A DNA stretch of 20,160 nucleotides from Candidatus Micrarchaeia archaeon (GTDB taxonomy: Archaea; Micrarchaeota; Micrarchaeia; Anstonellales; Bilamarchaeaceae). The position numbers and the translations under genes were made by a program. Below the pieces are notes generated by a model that was not told the origin of the DNA, did no database searches, and saw only the letters and a program-made list of their open reading frames with translations. Within the stretch, counting starts at the first letter, position 1; each line of letters begins with the position of its first letter. Shown in pieces: positions 1 through 7,664 of the stretch. Location: positions 1 to 20,160 of the forward strand of contig JBKHJL010000021.1 of assembly GCA_046538155.1 (NCBI GenBank), written 5' to 3'.

Positions 1-73
1 CTTTGATTCTTACCCTGTTTTTCCCTACCTTCATGATGTCTGCGGCAAGCCGTTTTAGCGTGTCTGCACTCAT
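1..73 (-). CDS. rpl19e: 50S ribosomal protein L19e, N-terminal part (runs off the window)
   Basis: Manual translation from ATG 73 gives MSADTLKRLAADIMKVGKNRVRIK, matching the L19e N-terminal pattern KRLAA.I..VG..RV; ATGA overlap with the L32e stop; canonical gene order. Confidence 0.93.
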   Translation of the reverse strand, partial: MSADTLKRLAADIMKVGKNRVRIK

Positions 74-495
74 TTTTTCACCCCTTTGTTGAGCACCCTG
101 AGATTCATCTCTTCTGCCTTCTTGATTATCTCACCCCTCTTTCTTTTTCCGACTCCTGCTGCAATTCTTACCAGGATTTCTTCTGCTCCCTCAAGCTCTG
201 AAGGGTTGCTCACAAGGATTTCAGGCAGCCCAAGCACATGGAGGCCCCGCATCTCCCGGGCATTCTTGTTGCCCACTTTCGGCGAAGCTCCGAAAAATGC
301 CTTTTTCTGCCTTTTCTTGTTGTCTTCTCCCCTCTGCTTTCTCCATCTGGGTTTTACGCTTTTCATTCTGCGTTTTCCTGTTGAGTTTGGCACGTAGAAT
401 GTTTTCTTGGGCTTCTTCTTCACTGAATATCTTTTTGCTTTTTCTTTTTTTCCTGCGTTGGAAGCAGAGGGTTTCTTTCCTTTTTCTTCTGCCAT
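70..495 (-). CDS. rpl32e: 50S ribosomal protein L32e
   Basis: RWRKQRGEDNKKR, RGLH and IAAGVGKRKR..I..KA...LRVLN motifs; ATG 495 preceded by GGTGG RBS; lies between L6 and L19e. Confidence 0.93.
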   Translation of the reverse strand: MAEEKGKKPSASNAGKKEKAKRYSVKKKPKKTFYVPNSTGKRRMKSVKPRWRKQRGEDNKKRQKKAFFGASPKVGNKNAREMRGLHVLGLPEILVSNPSELEGAEEILVRIAAGVGKRKRGEIIKKAEEMNLRVLNKGVKK

Positions 496-504
496 GAATA
501 CCAC

Positions 505-1026
505 CTATTCTTTGACAGGATATATCCCATCCTGGAATATCCTGTTGTCATGGGTTTTGATCTTGGTTGTTTTCCTTATGTTTGCAACCGTCTGACCAAC
601 CGCTTCTTTGTCCGGACCGGAAATTATCACTTTCTGCCCCTTCACTTCAACCTTTGCATTTCCATGGACCTTTGTTTTCCGTGGCTTCCTTTCTCCAATG
701 AAGTTGGAGATAACTATGTCCTTGCCTCTCACTTCCAGGGTCATGGGAAAATGGGCGTACCGGATTATCATCTTTCTTGTAAATCCTTCGGTAACACCTT
801 CGAACATGTTCCTGAAATGTGCCCTTACGGTGTGCTCTATGGCCTTGTTCTTGCCCTTTATTGCAAGCTTATCGCCTTCGAGCCTGAGGTCAAGGGTAGT
901 TCCTTTAAACTCCCTTTCAACGGAGCCATTCGGTCCGCTGACAGTTGCCTTGTTCCCTTCCACGGCAACTTCGACACCTGCAGGTACTTTCATTTCTATC
1001 ATATTACCACTTCTGGTTATCATCAT
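505..1026 (-). CDS. rpl6: 50S ribosomal protein L6 (uL6)
   Basis: YAHFPM, NFIGERKPR, VGQTVANI and D.RIFQDGIY motifs; alternative start ATG 1002 preceded by GTGGT. Confidence 0.97.
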   Translation of the reverse strand: MMITRSGNMIEMKVPAGVEVAVEGNKATVSGPNGSVEREFKGTTLDLRLEGDKLAIKGKNKAIEHTVRAHFRNMFEGVTEGFTRKMIIRYAHFPMTLEVRGKDIVISNFIGERKPRKTKVHGNAKVEVKGQKVIISGPDKEAVGQTVANIRKTTKIKTHDNRIFQDGIYPVKE

Positions 1027-1413
1027 CTAGTATACAAACGCAAGCAGTTTTCCTCCAACCTGCTTCTCCTGCGCTTCTCTGTTTGTGATTATTCCCGCGG
1101 GGGTAGAGACTGCTATCATTCCCACTCCCACTCCGGGGATGTGCATCTGCTCCACTTTTGCCCAGTCCCCCCTTTTTACGGCCATCCTGGGCTTGATTAC
1201 TCCGCAGTTGTTTATGAATCCGCCCAGCTTCACTTTGTAGTTTCCCCCTTTGCCGTCATCCACGAATTCATATTTCTCTACGTATCCGTTTTCCTTGAAC
1301 AGCTTGAGTATTTCACCCACGAGCTTGGAGGCCCTTACCGTGCATTCCTCTATTCCCTGCCTCTCATGGGTTTTTATCGTGTTCATCGCGTCTCCAAGAA
1401 GGTCTATCGCCAT
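1027..1413 (-). CDS. rps8: 30S ribosomal protein S8 (uS8)
   Basis: ASKLVGEIL, DDGKGG, INNCGVIKPR, VSTPAGI and GGKLLAFVY motifs; ATG 1413 with GGTGA RBS. Confidence 0.97.
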   Translation of the reverse strand: MAIDLLGDAMNTIKTHERQGIEECTVRASKLVGEILKLFKENGYVEKYEFVDDGKGGNYKVKLGGFINNCGVIKPRMAVKRGDWAKVEQMHIPGVGVGMIAVSTPAGIITNREAQEKQVGGKLLAFVY

Positions 1414-1422
1414 GTATATCAC

Positions 1423-1581
1423 CTAATACTGCCGGAATCCCACGGATTCTCCGACTTCCCGGAAGCACCTCCTGCAAATGTAGAGGTCGTATTTCCGTAT
1501 TACTGCTTTTGCAGTTCCGCATATCCTGCATTTCCTTTTTCCTTTTCCTTTGTATTTTTCATCAGGTGGAACTTTTGCCAT
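1423..1581 (-). CDS. rps14: 30S ribosomal protein S14 (uS14, Zn-binding type)
   Basis: GKGKRKCRICG...IRKYDLYICRRCFRE...GFRQY; ATG 1581 with GGAGTGA RBS. Confidence 0.96.
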   Translation of the reverse strand: MAKVPPDEKYKGKGKRKCRICGTAKAVIRKYDLYICRRCFREVGESVGFRQY

Positions 1582-1585
1582 ATGA

Positions 1586-2104
1586 TCACTCCAGATTAAC
1601 ATCAAGCTTGGATGTTGCAAACTCTATTGCTTCTTCTTTTGAGAGCATGTGGCCCTTTCCTTCTTTTGAAGTGTTGAGGGCGCGCTTTTTTACTCTGCTC
1701 CCCCGTCTGCCCAGCGTAACGCACACATCAAAGCCAAGCATCCCTATAGAAGGGTCATATTTTGCTCCCGGAAAGTCAATATATTCCTTTATCCCGAATG
1801 CAAAGTTGCCCCTGTTGTCAAAGTTTGATTCACTGAGCACCTTTTTCTTTGCAGTTAGCGCCTTTTCAAGGAAAGTTATTGCATCCTTCCCCCTGAGGGT
1901 GGTTTTTACCCCGATTGGAAGTCCTTTCCTGAGCCTGAACGTGGGGTTCCTCTTTTTTGCAATTGTTTCCACCACTGTTCTCCCGCTGAGGTTCTCCAGG
2001 AGCTTTTTTGCGTTTTCCAGCGGCTGCCCGGGTTCCCCGACACCCATGTTCACAGTAACCTTCTCTACGATTATTTCTCTCATGGGGTTCTCTTTTTCTG
2101 CCAT
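1586..2104 (-). CDS. rpl5: 50S ribosomal protein L5 (uL5)
   Basis: NPMREI.VEKVTVNMGVGE, PIGVKTTLRG, GNFAFGIKEYIDFPG.KYDP.IG motifs. Confidence 0.97.
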   Translation of the reverse strand: MAEKENPMREIIVEKVTVNMGVGEPGQPLENAKKLLENLSGRTVVETIAKKRNPTFRLRKGLPIGVKTTLRGKDAITFLEKALTAKKKVLSESNFDNRGNFAFGIKEYIDFPGAKYDPSIGMLGFDVCVTLGRRGSRVKKRALNTSKEGKGHMLSKEEAIEFATSKLDVNLE

Positions 2105-2106
2105 TT

Positions 2107-2805
2107 TCACTCACCCACCACAAACAGGTACTCTGCAAGCGTCCTGAAACTTTCGTTTCCCTCACCTGTGCTGACCAGGGCTTCTGCCGGCCTTCCTGTT
2201 TCACTTGGGAACAGCTCTTCCAGAGTAACTTTTGTTCCTGAGTGCTTTCCATCAGTAATTATGCATTTTGCACCCTTTTCAAATTTATGCACTTTACCCA
2301 TTTTCTTTTCATCAAGAAGATATTCTACAGTGTCTCCTGTCTTTACATTGTTGTCTGCAATCATGTTCCTTCCGTCATGCAGCCCGATCACCACACTGTT
2401 TCCTTTCTCCGTTCTCTTTTCCGTAATTTTCAGCAGCTTGACCGAAGCCTGTTCCTTTTCAATTTTCTCCGGAAACAGCCTGCCTTTTTTCACTGTTATT
2501 TTGTAATGCTTGTCAGCGAGCGGAAGGGAAACGATGTCCATGAATCCTACAGGGGACCGGTGGTCTGTCCTTGGAATTCCATCCACAAGTACTTTCCTCT
2601 CGTTAAGTATTGTTTTTACTTCTGCTGAAGTTTCTGCCACTCCGAGAACTTCCCTTAGCAGCACAACAAGAGGCATGCTCTTCTTTTTTGAATGGGAACC
2701 CGGCCTGGTATTCGCTATCCAGAATGTTTCTTTTTTGTCATGGACGGGTACCGCTTTTGGAACCGCTATCCTTTTAGTGTGTCCTTTTCTTCCTCTTTTG
2801 CCCAT
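2107..2805 (-). CDS. rps4e: 30S ribosomal protein S4e
   Basis: HTKRIAVP, PGSH, PLVVLLREVL, VLVDG..RTD...PVGFMDIV, LHDGRN, GKHSG motifs. Confidence 0.96.
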   Translation of the reverse strand: MGKRGRKGHTKRIAVPKAVPVHDKKETFWIANTRPGSHSKKKSMPLVVLLREVLGVAETSAEVKTILNERKVLVDGIPRTDHRSPVGFMDIVSLPLADKHYKITVKKGRLFPEKIEKEQASVKLLKITEKRTEKGNSVVIGLHDGRNMIADNNVKTGDTVEYLLDEKKMGKVHKFEKGAKCIITDGKHSGTKVTLEELFPSETGRPAEALVSTGEGNESFRTLAEYLFVVGE

Positions 2806-2806
2806 T

Positions 2807-3154
2807 TTACTCACCTTTCACCATACCCTTTCTGTGGGCGGATTCTTTCATGGAAATCATCTTGAGGTTTGAAGGCGGGAATGGCACAAGGCTTTCCACG
2901 CCCCTTGCGTTCCTCAGGGTAATTCCTTCAAGGTAAACTTTTCCCTTTGTGTGGCTCACTTTCTGCACCTTTGCGCTTTTTCCTCTGTGCGCCCCCCGCA
3001 TTACTCCCACTGTGTCTCCCTTGTTAACCAGCACAGACCTTCTGTCTATCTTTGAGCTTTCTCGGAGTTCTCTGGGAAGGTGCACTCTGAGCCTTGCCCG
3101 TTTTTCATGCAGTTTTTCGGTGTAAATTTTTCTCCTTTCTTTTCTCCTTTTCAT
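2807..3154 (-). CDS. rpl24: 50S ribosomal protein L24 (uL24)
   Basis: RRSVLVNKGDTVGVMRG..RGK (KOW motif) and PPSNL; lies between L14 and S4e. Confidence 0.95.
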   Translation of the reverse strand: MKRRKERRKIYTEKLHEKRARLRVHLPRELRESSKIDRRSVLVNKGDTVGVMRGAHRGKSAKVQKVSHTKGKVYLEGITLRNARGVESLVPFPPSNLKMISMKESAHRKGMVKGE

Positions 3155-3163
3155 GATTATCCC

Positions 3164-3562
3164 TCATACTACTCCCGGCGCTATCGCAGCAACCTTTGGG
3201 AATTTCTCGGCAATTTCCTTGGCCACGACACCTTTGATTTCTGTGCCAGTCGGGAGGTGTTCGTCATTTACCAGCACGCATGCATTGTCTTCAAAGCCCA
3301 CGTGCAGCCCGTTCGGCCTGCCAATCTCTTTCTTCTGCCTTATCACTATTGCCTTAACTTTCTTTTTCACCATATCCGGCTTTCCCTTTTTCACTGAACC
3401 TATTATAGTGTCCCCCACCCCTGCCTTGGGGTTTCTTCCTCGCACACCGCGGTATCCGGCAACGCCGATTATCTCCAGCTGCTTTGCCCCTGAGTTGTCA
3501 TGGCATATCAGTCTGCTGCCGAGGGTAAGTGTTTTTGGAATGTGTGAACCAAGCCCTTTCAT
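3164..3562 (-). CDS. rpl14: 50S ribosomal protein L14 (uL14)
   Basis: DNSGAK, AGVGD, SVKKGKP, IRQKK, FEDNA, GTEIKG.VAKE motifs. Confidence 0.97.
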   Translation of the reverse strand: MKGLGSHIPKTLTLGSRLICHDNSGAKQLEIIGVAGYRGVRGRNPKAGVGDTIIGSVKKGKPDMVKKKVKAIVIRQKKEIGRPNGLHVGFEDNACVLVNDEHLPTGTEIKGVVAKEIAEKFPKVAAIAPGVV

Positions 3563-3861
3563 GCTTCCACCTCTTTTGCCCTTGAGATTATTTCAAGCAC
3601 TGTCCAGGACTTTGTCTTGCTTATTTTTCTGGTTTCCCCTATTCGCACGGTATCTCCCACCTTTGCACCTATCTCATCGGGGTTGTGCGCCTGGATTCTT
3701 GAGTGCCCCCGCGCCATCCTTTTGTACTTCTCTATTTTCTTTATCATGTCTTTCTCAACAACAACGGTTTTCTTGTTCTTGTCACTGACTACTTTGCCCA
3801 CTAGCCTTGCTCCCCTTACGGAGAGGGGGCGCTTTTTTCCAGTTGCTTTTTCTTCAGCCAC
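3559..3861 (-). CDS. rps17: 30S ribosomal protein S17 (uS17)
   Basis: LSVRG, GKVVS.K..KTVVVE, KYKR, AHNP, GDTVRIGETRKISKTKSW; GTG start with GGTGA RBS. Confidence 0.96.
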   Translation of the reverse strand: MAEEKATGKKRPLSVRGARLVGKVVSDKNKKTVVVEKDMIKKIEKYKRMARGHSRIQAHNPDEIGAKVGDTVRIGETRKISKTKSWTVLEIISRAKEVEA

Positions 3862-3865
3862 ATCA

Positions 3866-4150
3866 TCACCTTATTTTTTTTCTGAGTTTTTTCGGCCGTT
3901 CTTCGGCCCTGAACATTACATCATCGCCGCGGATTTTTTTCCCTCCGATTTCAAAGACCGAGCCTTTTTTTGGAATCGTTTTTTCCTGTTTCCCGGCCTC
4001 AATCACGAAGGTGTTTTTTGTTTCATCCACGACTTTTCCTTCTTTTCCACGGAAGCTTTCAACAGGGCTTTCCAGCACCTTTAGGTGCTTTCCGATGAAC
4101 TCACCTGCCAGGTGTAGCGGCCATCTGGCCGCACGCCCATCGCCGTCCAT
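3866..4150 (-). CDS. rnp1: Ribonuclease P protein component 1 (Rpp29/POP4)
   Basis: EFIG..LKV, G.EGKVVDETKNT, IPKKGSVFE, R.EER motifs; canonical position before S17. Confidence 0.93.
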   Translation of the reverse strand: MDGDGRAARWPLHLAGEFIGKHLKVLESPVESFRGKEGKVVDETKNTFVIEAGKQEKTIPKKGSVFEIGGKKIRGDDVMFRAEERPKKLRKKIR

Positions 4151-4456
4151 CTACTCCACTTCTATGCTGTCCTCCGGATATCCCAGTTTCACAAGAATAT
4201 TCTTCACTTTTTTCCTGTGGTTTCCCTGGAGCACAACCGCTCCGTCTTTGGCGCTGCCTCCGCAGGCCAGGGCCTGTTTAAGGGATTTTGCCGCTTCGGA
4301 CACCCGGTTCTTGTCTATGCCTTCAATCACTGTAACCAGTTTTCTGAATTTTTTCTTGGTTACGTAAACCCTTATCTTTGTCACTTCTTCCTTATCCAGA
4401 ATCTCGCATGCGCAGAGATCCTCTATCATTCCGCATTTGGGACATATCTCAGCCAA
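4151..4456 (-). CDS. sui1: Translation initiation factor SUI1 (aIF1)
   Basis: CPKCG...DLCAC, K.VTVIEGID, LKQALACGGSAKDG.V.LQGNH; TTG start with a GAGGG RBS. Confidence 0.95.
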   Translation of the reverse strand: MAEICPKCGMIEDLCACEILDKEEVTKIRVYVTKKKFRKLVTVIEGIDKNRVSEAAKSLKQALACGGSAKDGAVVLQGNHRKKVKNILVKLGYPEDSIEVE

Positions 4457-4470
4457 TTTGTTTCCCTCTT

Positions 4471-4653
4471 TTATATTTTCTTTTTCTCATTCTGGAGTGT
4501 TTTTATTCTGGCAATTGCCTTCCGTATTTCTCTGTTCTTCTTGGGGTTTTCTTCCCCTGCCTCAAGCAATGCAAGGTTCAGTTCATCAAGTTTCTTTTCA
4601 AGTTCTGAGTTGCTCAGCCCACGCAGTTCAGATATTTTGTACACCGCCATCAT
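4471..4653 (-). CDS. rpl29: 50S ribosomal protein L29 (uL29)
   Basis: ELRGLS..EL...L.EL and REIRKAIARIKT motifs. Confidence 0.95.
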   Translation of the reverse strand: MMAVYKISELRGLSNSELEKKLDELNLALLEAGEENPKKNREIRKAIARIKTLQNEKKKI

Positions 4654-5411
4654 TTCACCTCTTTCTCAGCCTCAGCTTTCTCTTCTGATTTTTTTACGGG
4701 CGTTGCTTTTACATCTTTAGGGGGCCCCTGCACTCTCTCGGTTTCCTGCTGCCTCCTTCCTCCCCTGTCTGTGCGTTTCACATACCTGTCCTCGTTTGTA
4801 ATTCTTGAGCATATTTCCGCACCTTCGGGCTTGTCCGGAAAAACGGTTCCGGGGGGCGCAACCCTCACCAGTACTCCGATTACCCCTGATTTGGTGTTTG
4901 CAGATACGTGTGCCTCGTTAACCAGCCTTGCCGGCTCGCCCGCCTTGGGTATGTAGCCATCTGCAACCCTGAGGCTCTTGCTTCTTGCCCCCTTTGCCCC
5001 AATTTTTCCAGCAGCAACAATTTCTCCCCCAAGCGCACCGTTCCTCATGATGTCCTTGAGCAGGAAGTGGAGTACCGCTCTCACTTTTTTGCCCATTTCT
5101 ATGTGCCTTGCTGCCTTTTTCGCTATAAGCCTTGGCTCGAGCGCCGGATTCTCCACTTCAACTACGCTTATCTGCGGGTTGTCCAGCTTGAATTTTTGTT
5201 TCAGGGTTTCTGTAAGCTTGTTAATGGTTTTACCCTTTTTTCCGATAACCCTCCCAGGATTGAGCACTTCAATTGCAATCCTGGTGGTTACCGGAGTCCT
5301 CTGTATTTCTATGCTGGCTACTCCTGCCCGGTCCAGCTCCTTTTCCAGGTATTTCATTACTTTGTACCTTTCTATGGGATTGTCTATGAATTTGTTTTCT
5401 ATAGTCATCAT
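4650..5411 (-). CDS. rps3: 30S ribosomal protein S3 (uS3) with C-terminal extension
   Basis: KH domain PGRVIGKKG, GALGGEI..AGK, GYIPKAGEP, GVIGV.V...PPG...PD. Confidence 0.97.
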   Translation of the reverse strand: MMTIENKFIDNPIERYKVMKYLEKELDRAGVASIEIQRTPVTTRIAIEVLNPGRVIGKKGKTINKLTETLKQKFKLDNPQISVVEVENPALEPRLIAKKAARHIEMGKKVRAVLHFLLKDIMRNGALGGEIVAAGKIGAKGARSKSLRVADGYIPKAGEPARLVNEAHVSANTKSGVIGVLVRVAPPGTVFPDKPEGAEICSRITNEDRYVKRTDRGGRRQQETERVQGPPKDVKATPVKKSEEKAEAEKEVK

Positions 5412-6259
5412 TTCACCCCTTCTTTACCCCTGTCCTTTTTTTCAGGTTTCCGGGTTTCGGTTTTGGGTTCTTCCTTCTTTTCCGGAGCCGCCTCTTTCTC
5501 TACTTCAGTTTTTTCCTCTTTCTTCTCTCTAAGTTCCGGGTTTTCGGTTTTGGGTTCGGAGTTCTTCTCAGCCTTCACTGTTTCCTGCATGGCCTTTTCT
5601 TCTTCCGGCGTTGCAGCTTTTTCTTCCTTTGTTTTTGGAGAGGGCTCTTCTTTTTTCTGGGCCGCCGCCGGCTTTTCCGGTGCGGGTTTTATTTCCTTTT
5701 TCTCCGCTGCCTTTTTCTGCTCTTCCTTCTTTTTCTTCTCTTCAGCAGCCTTTTTCTTTGCCTCTTCTTCTTCCTTCTTTTTCTCTTCCTCAAGCCGCTT
5801 CTTCTTTCCCTCTTCCTTTTCTTTCAGCACAATCTCCACACGTGCTGTTTCAAGCCTGGAGATATTTCTCCTTCCCTTGGAGGAGTAGCGCATATAGGAA
5901 TGCTTCTTGTTTGCTGATGCATGGACAACAACAAGTTCTTCGCTAAGCCCCTTCTCTTTTGCGTTCGCAACCGCTGATTCAAGGCATTTAAGCACAATCC
6001 CCACACATTTTACCGGCCACCTTCCTTTCTGCCCCTGCAGTTCTTTTCTGTGGGCCATCCGGGTATTATGAGCGCGGTACAGTATGGGCCTCTTCCTTGC
6101 TTTTGCTTCTTCCAGCAGCTGAAGGGCCGCTTCGGCCGGTTTTCTCCTGATGTTGTAGCAGACTTCTGCAAGGTCCTTGGGCGAGGCATTGACATCTTCT
6201 ACCCTTGCCTTGGCAAAGTCCGACTCGTTTTCAATTTTGTATGAATAACTCATTCCCAT
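5408..6259 (-). CDS. rpl22: 50S ribosomal protein L22 (uL22) with long Lys/Glu/Ala/Pro-rich C-terminal tail
   Basis: SPKDLAEVC..IR, AHRK, GRWPVK, ANAKEKGL, VEIVL motifs; start could be 6262 (GTG), 6259 or 6253. Confidence 0.95.
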   Translation of the reverse strand: MGMSYSYKIENESDFAKARVEDVNASPKDLAEVCYNIRRKPAEAALQLLEEAKARKRPILYRAHNTRMAHRKELQGQKGRWPVKCVGIVLKCLESAVANAKEKGLSEELVVVHASANKKHSYMRYSSKGRRNISRLETARVEIVLKEKEEGKKKRLEEEKKKEEEEAKKKAAEEKKKKEEQKKAAEKKEIKPAPEKPAAAQKKEEPSPKTKEEKAATPEEEKAMQETVKAEKNSEPKTENPELREKKEEKTEVEKEAAPEKKEEPKTETRKPEKKDRGKEGVK

Positions 6260-6263
6260 CACA

Positions 6264-6662
6264 TCATTTCAGGGGCACGAACTTTGAACCCCTTGTGGCT
6301 CCCACACCCGGTCCGGAGTGCATAACTCTTCCGGTGCTGTGCGAGAATTCACCAAGCCTCTTTCCGAGGTGCTTGATGGTTATTTCAACCCTTTTGAATT
6401 CTTTTCCGTTGTAAACCCCAAAGGTAAGTCCCAGCCACTCAGGGATGATAACTGCTTCCCTGCAGTGTGTCTTTATCATTTTTTTCGGGTCCTTTTCCTT
6501 CACCTTCCTTGCTTTTTCTATAAGGTGCTTTAGGCTCGGGTTCTGGTTAACCCTTTTTAAGGTCCTTCTTTCCCTTGAGGCAATCATCGGCAGGAACTCC
6601 TCCATGCCAATCTCCTTGATTTTTTCTTCGTCCATTCCTCTGAAAAGGTCTTGTTTAACCAT
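6264..6662 (-). CDS. rps19: 30S ribosomal protein S19 (uS19)
   Basis: FRG, SRERRTLKR, IKTHCR, GVYNGKEF, LGEFS.., HSGPGVGATRGSKFVPLK. Confidence 0.97.
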   Translation of the reverse strand: MVKQDLFRGMDEEKIKEIGMEEFLPMIASRERRTLKRVNQNPSLKHLIEKARKVKEKDPKKMIKTHCREAVIIPEWLGLTFGVYNGKEFKRVEITIKHLGKRLGEFSHSTGRVMHSGPGVGATRGSKFVPLK

Positions 6663-6668
6663 TCAAAT

Positions 6669-7400
6669 TCACCCTTTTGTTTTCCTCCCGGTTCTCTTGG
6701 ATGCAACATGCCCGACTTTTCTTCCCGGGGGTGTTCCCCTCGCCACACTGGTGGATTTTCCTGCGTGGTGGTGCTTTCCGCCGTGCGGATGGGTATATGC
6801 GTTCATCGCCACACCCCTTGTCCTGGGCCACAGCCGTGTGCTCTTTGCTTTGTGCTTATAATATGCTTTTCCTGCTTTCTTCAGGGGCCTCTCCTTCAGC
6901 CCCCCTCCGTTTATGACACCTATCTGCGCCCTTGATTCCGACGAAACAGTTATGGTCCTTTTGCTGGGAAGCTTTATGGAAATCTTGTTTCCTTCTTTTC
7001 CAACAACCAGGCCCGCAGTGCCAGGTGCACGTATGAATTTTCCCCCGTCTCCAGGCACTTTTTCAACATTATATACTGCTGTCCCCTCAGGTATCCGGTA
7101 AAGGGGCAGCACATTGCCGAAAGCAAGCTTTGCCTGCACCCCAAGCTCTACATAATCTCCTTCACATGCTCCTTCAGGGGCTATGAGATATCCCTCTTCA
7201 TTATTATCATATTTTACTTTCATCAATATGGCATTTCTTGCAGGGTCATCCATGAAGCCGGCAACCTGCCCGCGAATCACACCTGTTTTCTCAACATCAT
7301 CATATGTCCTGTACCTAAGCTTAACCTTGTACCTGTTCTTAGCGGACCGGTATCTGGAACTTCCGGTTCCTCTTCTTTGTGACCTCAGTCTTTTACCCAT
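6669..7400 (-). CDS. rpl2: 50S ribosomal protein L2 (uL2)
   Basis: MGKRLRSQRRG, DPAR, PGDGGKFIRAPG, KLPS, WPRTRGVAMN..HPHGG, PPGRKVGHVA; ATG 7400 with GGTGGA RBS. Confidence 0.97.
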   Translation of the reverse strand: MGKRLRSQRRGTGSSRYRSAKNRYKVKLRYRTYDDVEKTGVIRGQVAGFMDDPARNAILMKVKYDNNEEGYLIAPEGACEGDYVELGVQAKLAFGNVLPLYRIPEGTAVYNVEKVPGDGGKFIRAPGTAGLVVGKEGNKISIKLPSKRTITVSSESRAQIGVINGGGLKERPLKKAGKAYYKHKAKSTRLWPRTRGVAMNAYTHPHGGKHHHAGKSTSVARGTPPGRKVGHVASKRTGRKTKG

Positions 7401-7410
7401 GTGAATCCAC

Positions 7411-7659
7411 CTATGCCATCTTGAGTTTGGATGAAATGTCCTCGGCCTTATGGCCTTCCGCAAGTCTCACTACCGCCCGTTTTCCTCCTTTGGGCGCAAG
7501 GTAAGTGTTTACTGATTTTACTTTTACCTTGAACAGCGTTTCCACCTCGTTCTGCACGTCTTTCTTGGTGGCCCTCTCGTCCACCCTGAAGGTAATGGTG
7601 TTCTCAAATTCTATTTTTCCAATCGCTTTTTCCGTCTTTATTGGTTCTTTTAATATCAT
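7411..7659 (-). CDS. rpl23: 50S ribosomal protein L23 (uL23)
   Basis: P..TEKA, NTITFRVD..ATK..V...VE.LF.VKV..VNT, GGKRAVVRL; alternative GTG start at 7668. Confidence 0.96.
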   Translation of the reverse strand: MILKEPIKTEKAIGKIEFENTITFRVDERATKKDVQNEVETLFKVKVKSVNTYLAPKGGKRAVVRLAEGHKAEDISSKLKMA

Positions 7660-7664
7660 CTTAA

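Noticed and set aside
550..1599. 349-aa plus-strand ORF
   Set aside because: Antisense shadow of L6/S8/S14; no recognisable motifs
4908..5888. 326-aa plus-strand Phe/Ser-rich ORF
   Set aside because: Antisense mirror of the Lys/Glu-rich L22 tail and S3
7401..7463. Apparent N-terminal extension of L2 (similarly L3 9417-9479, S14, porA, infB and 11732-11779)
   Set aside because: Artifacts of longest-ORF calling from TTG/GTG or upstream ATGs; conserved N-termini and RBS/TATA positions indicate the downstream starts
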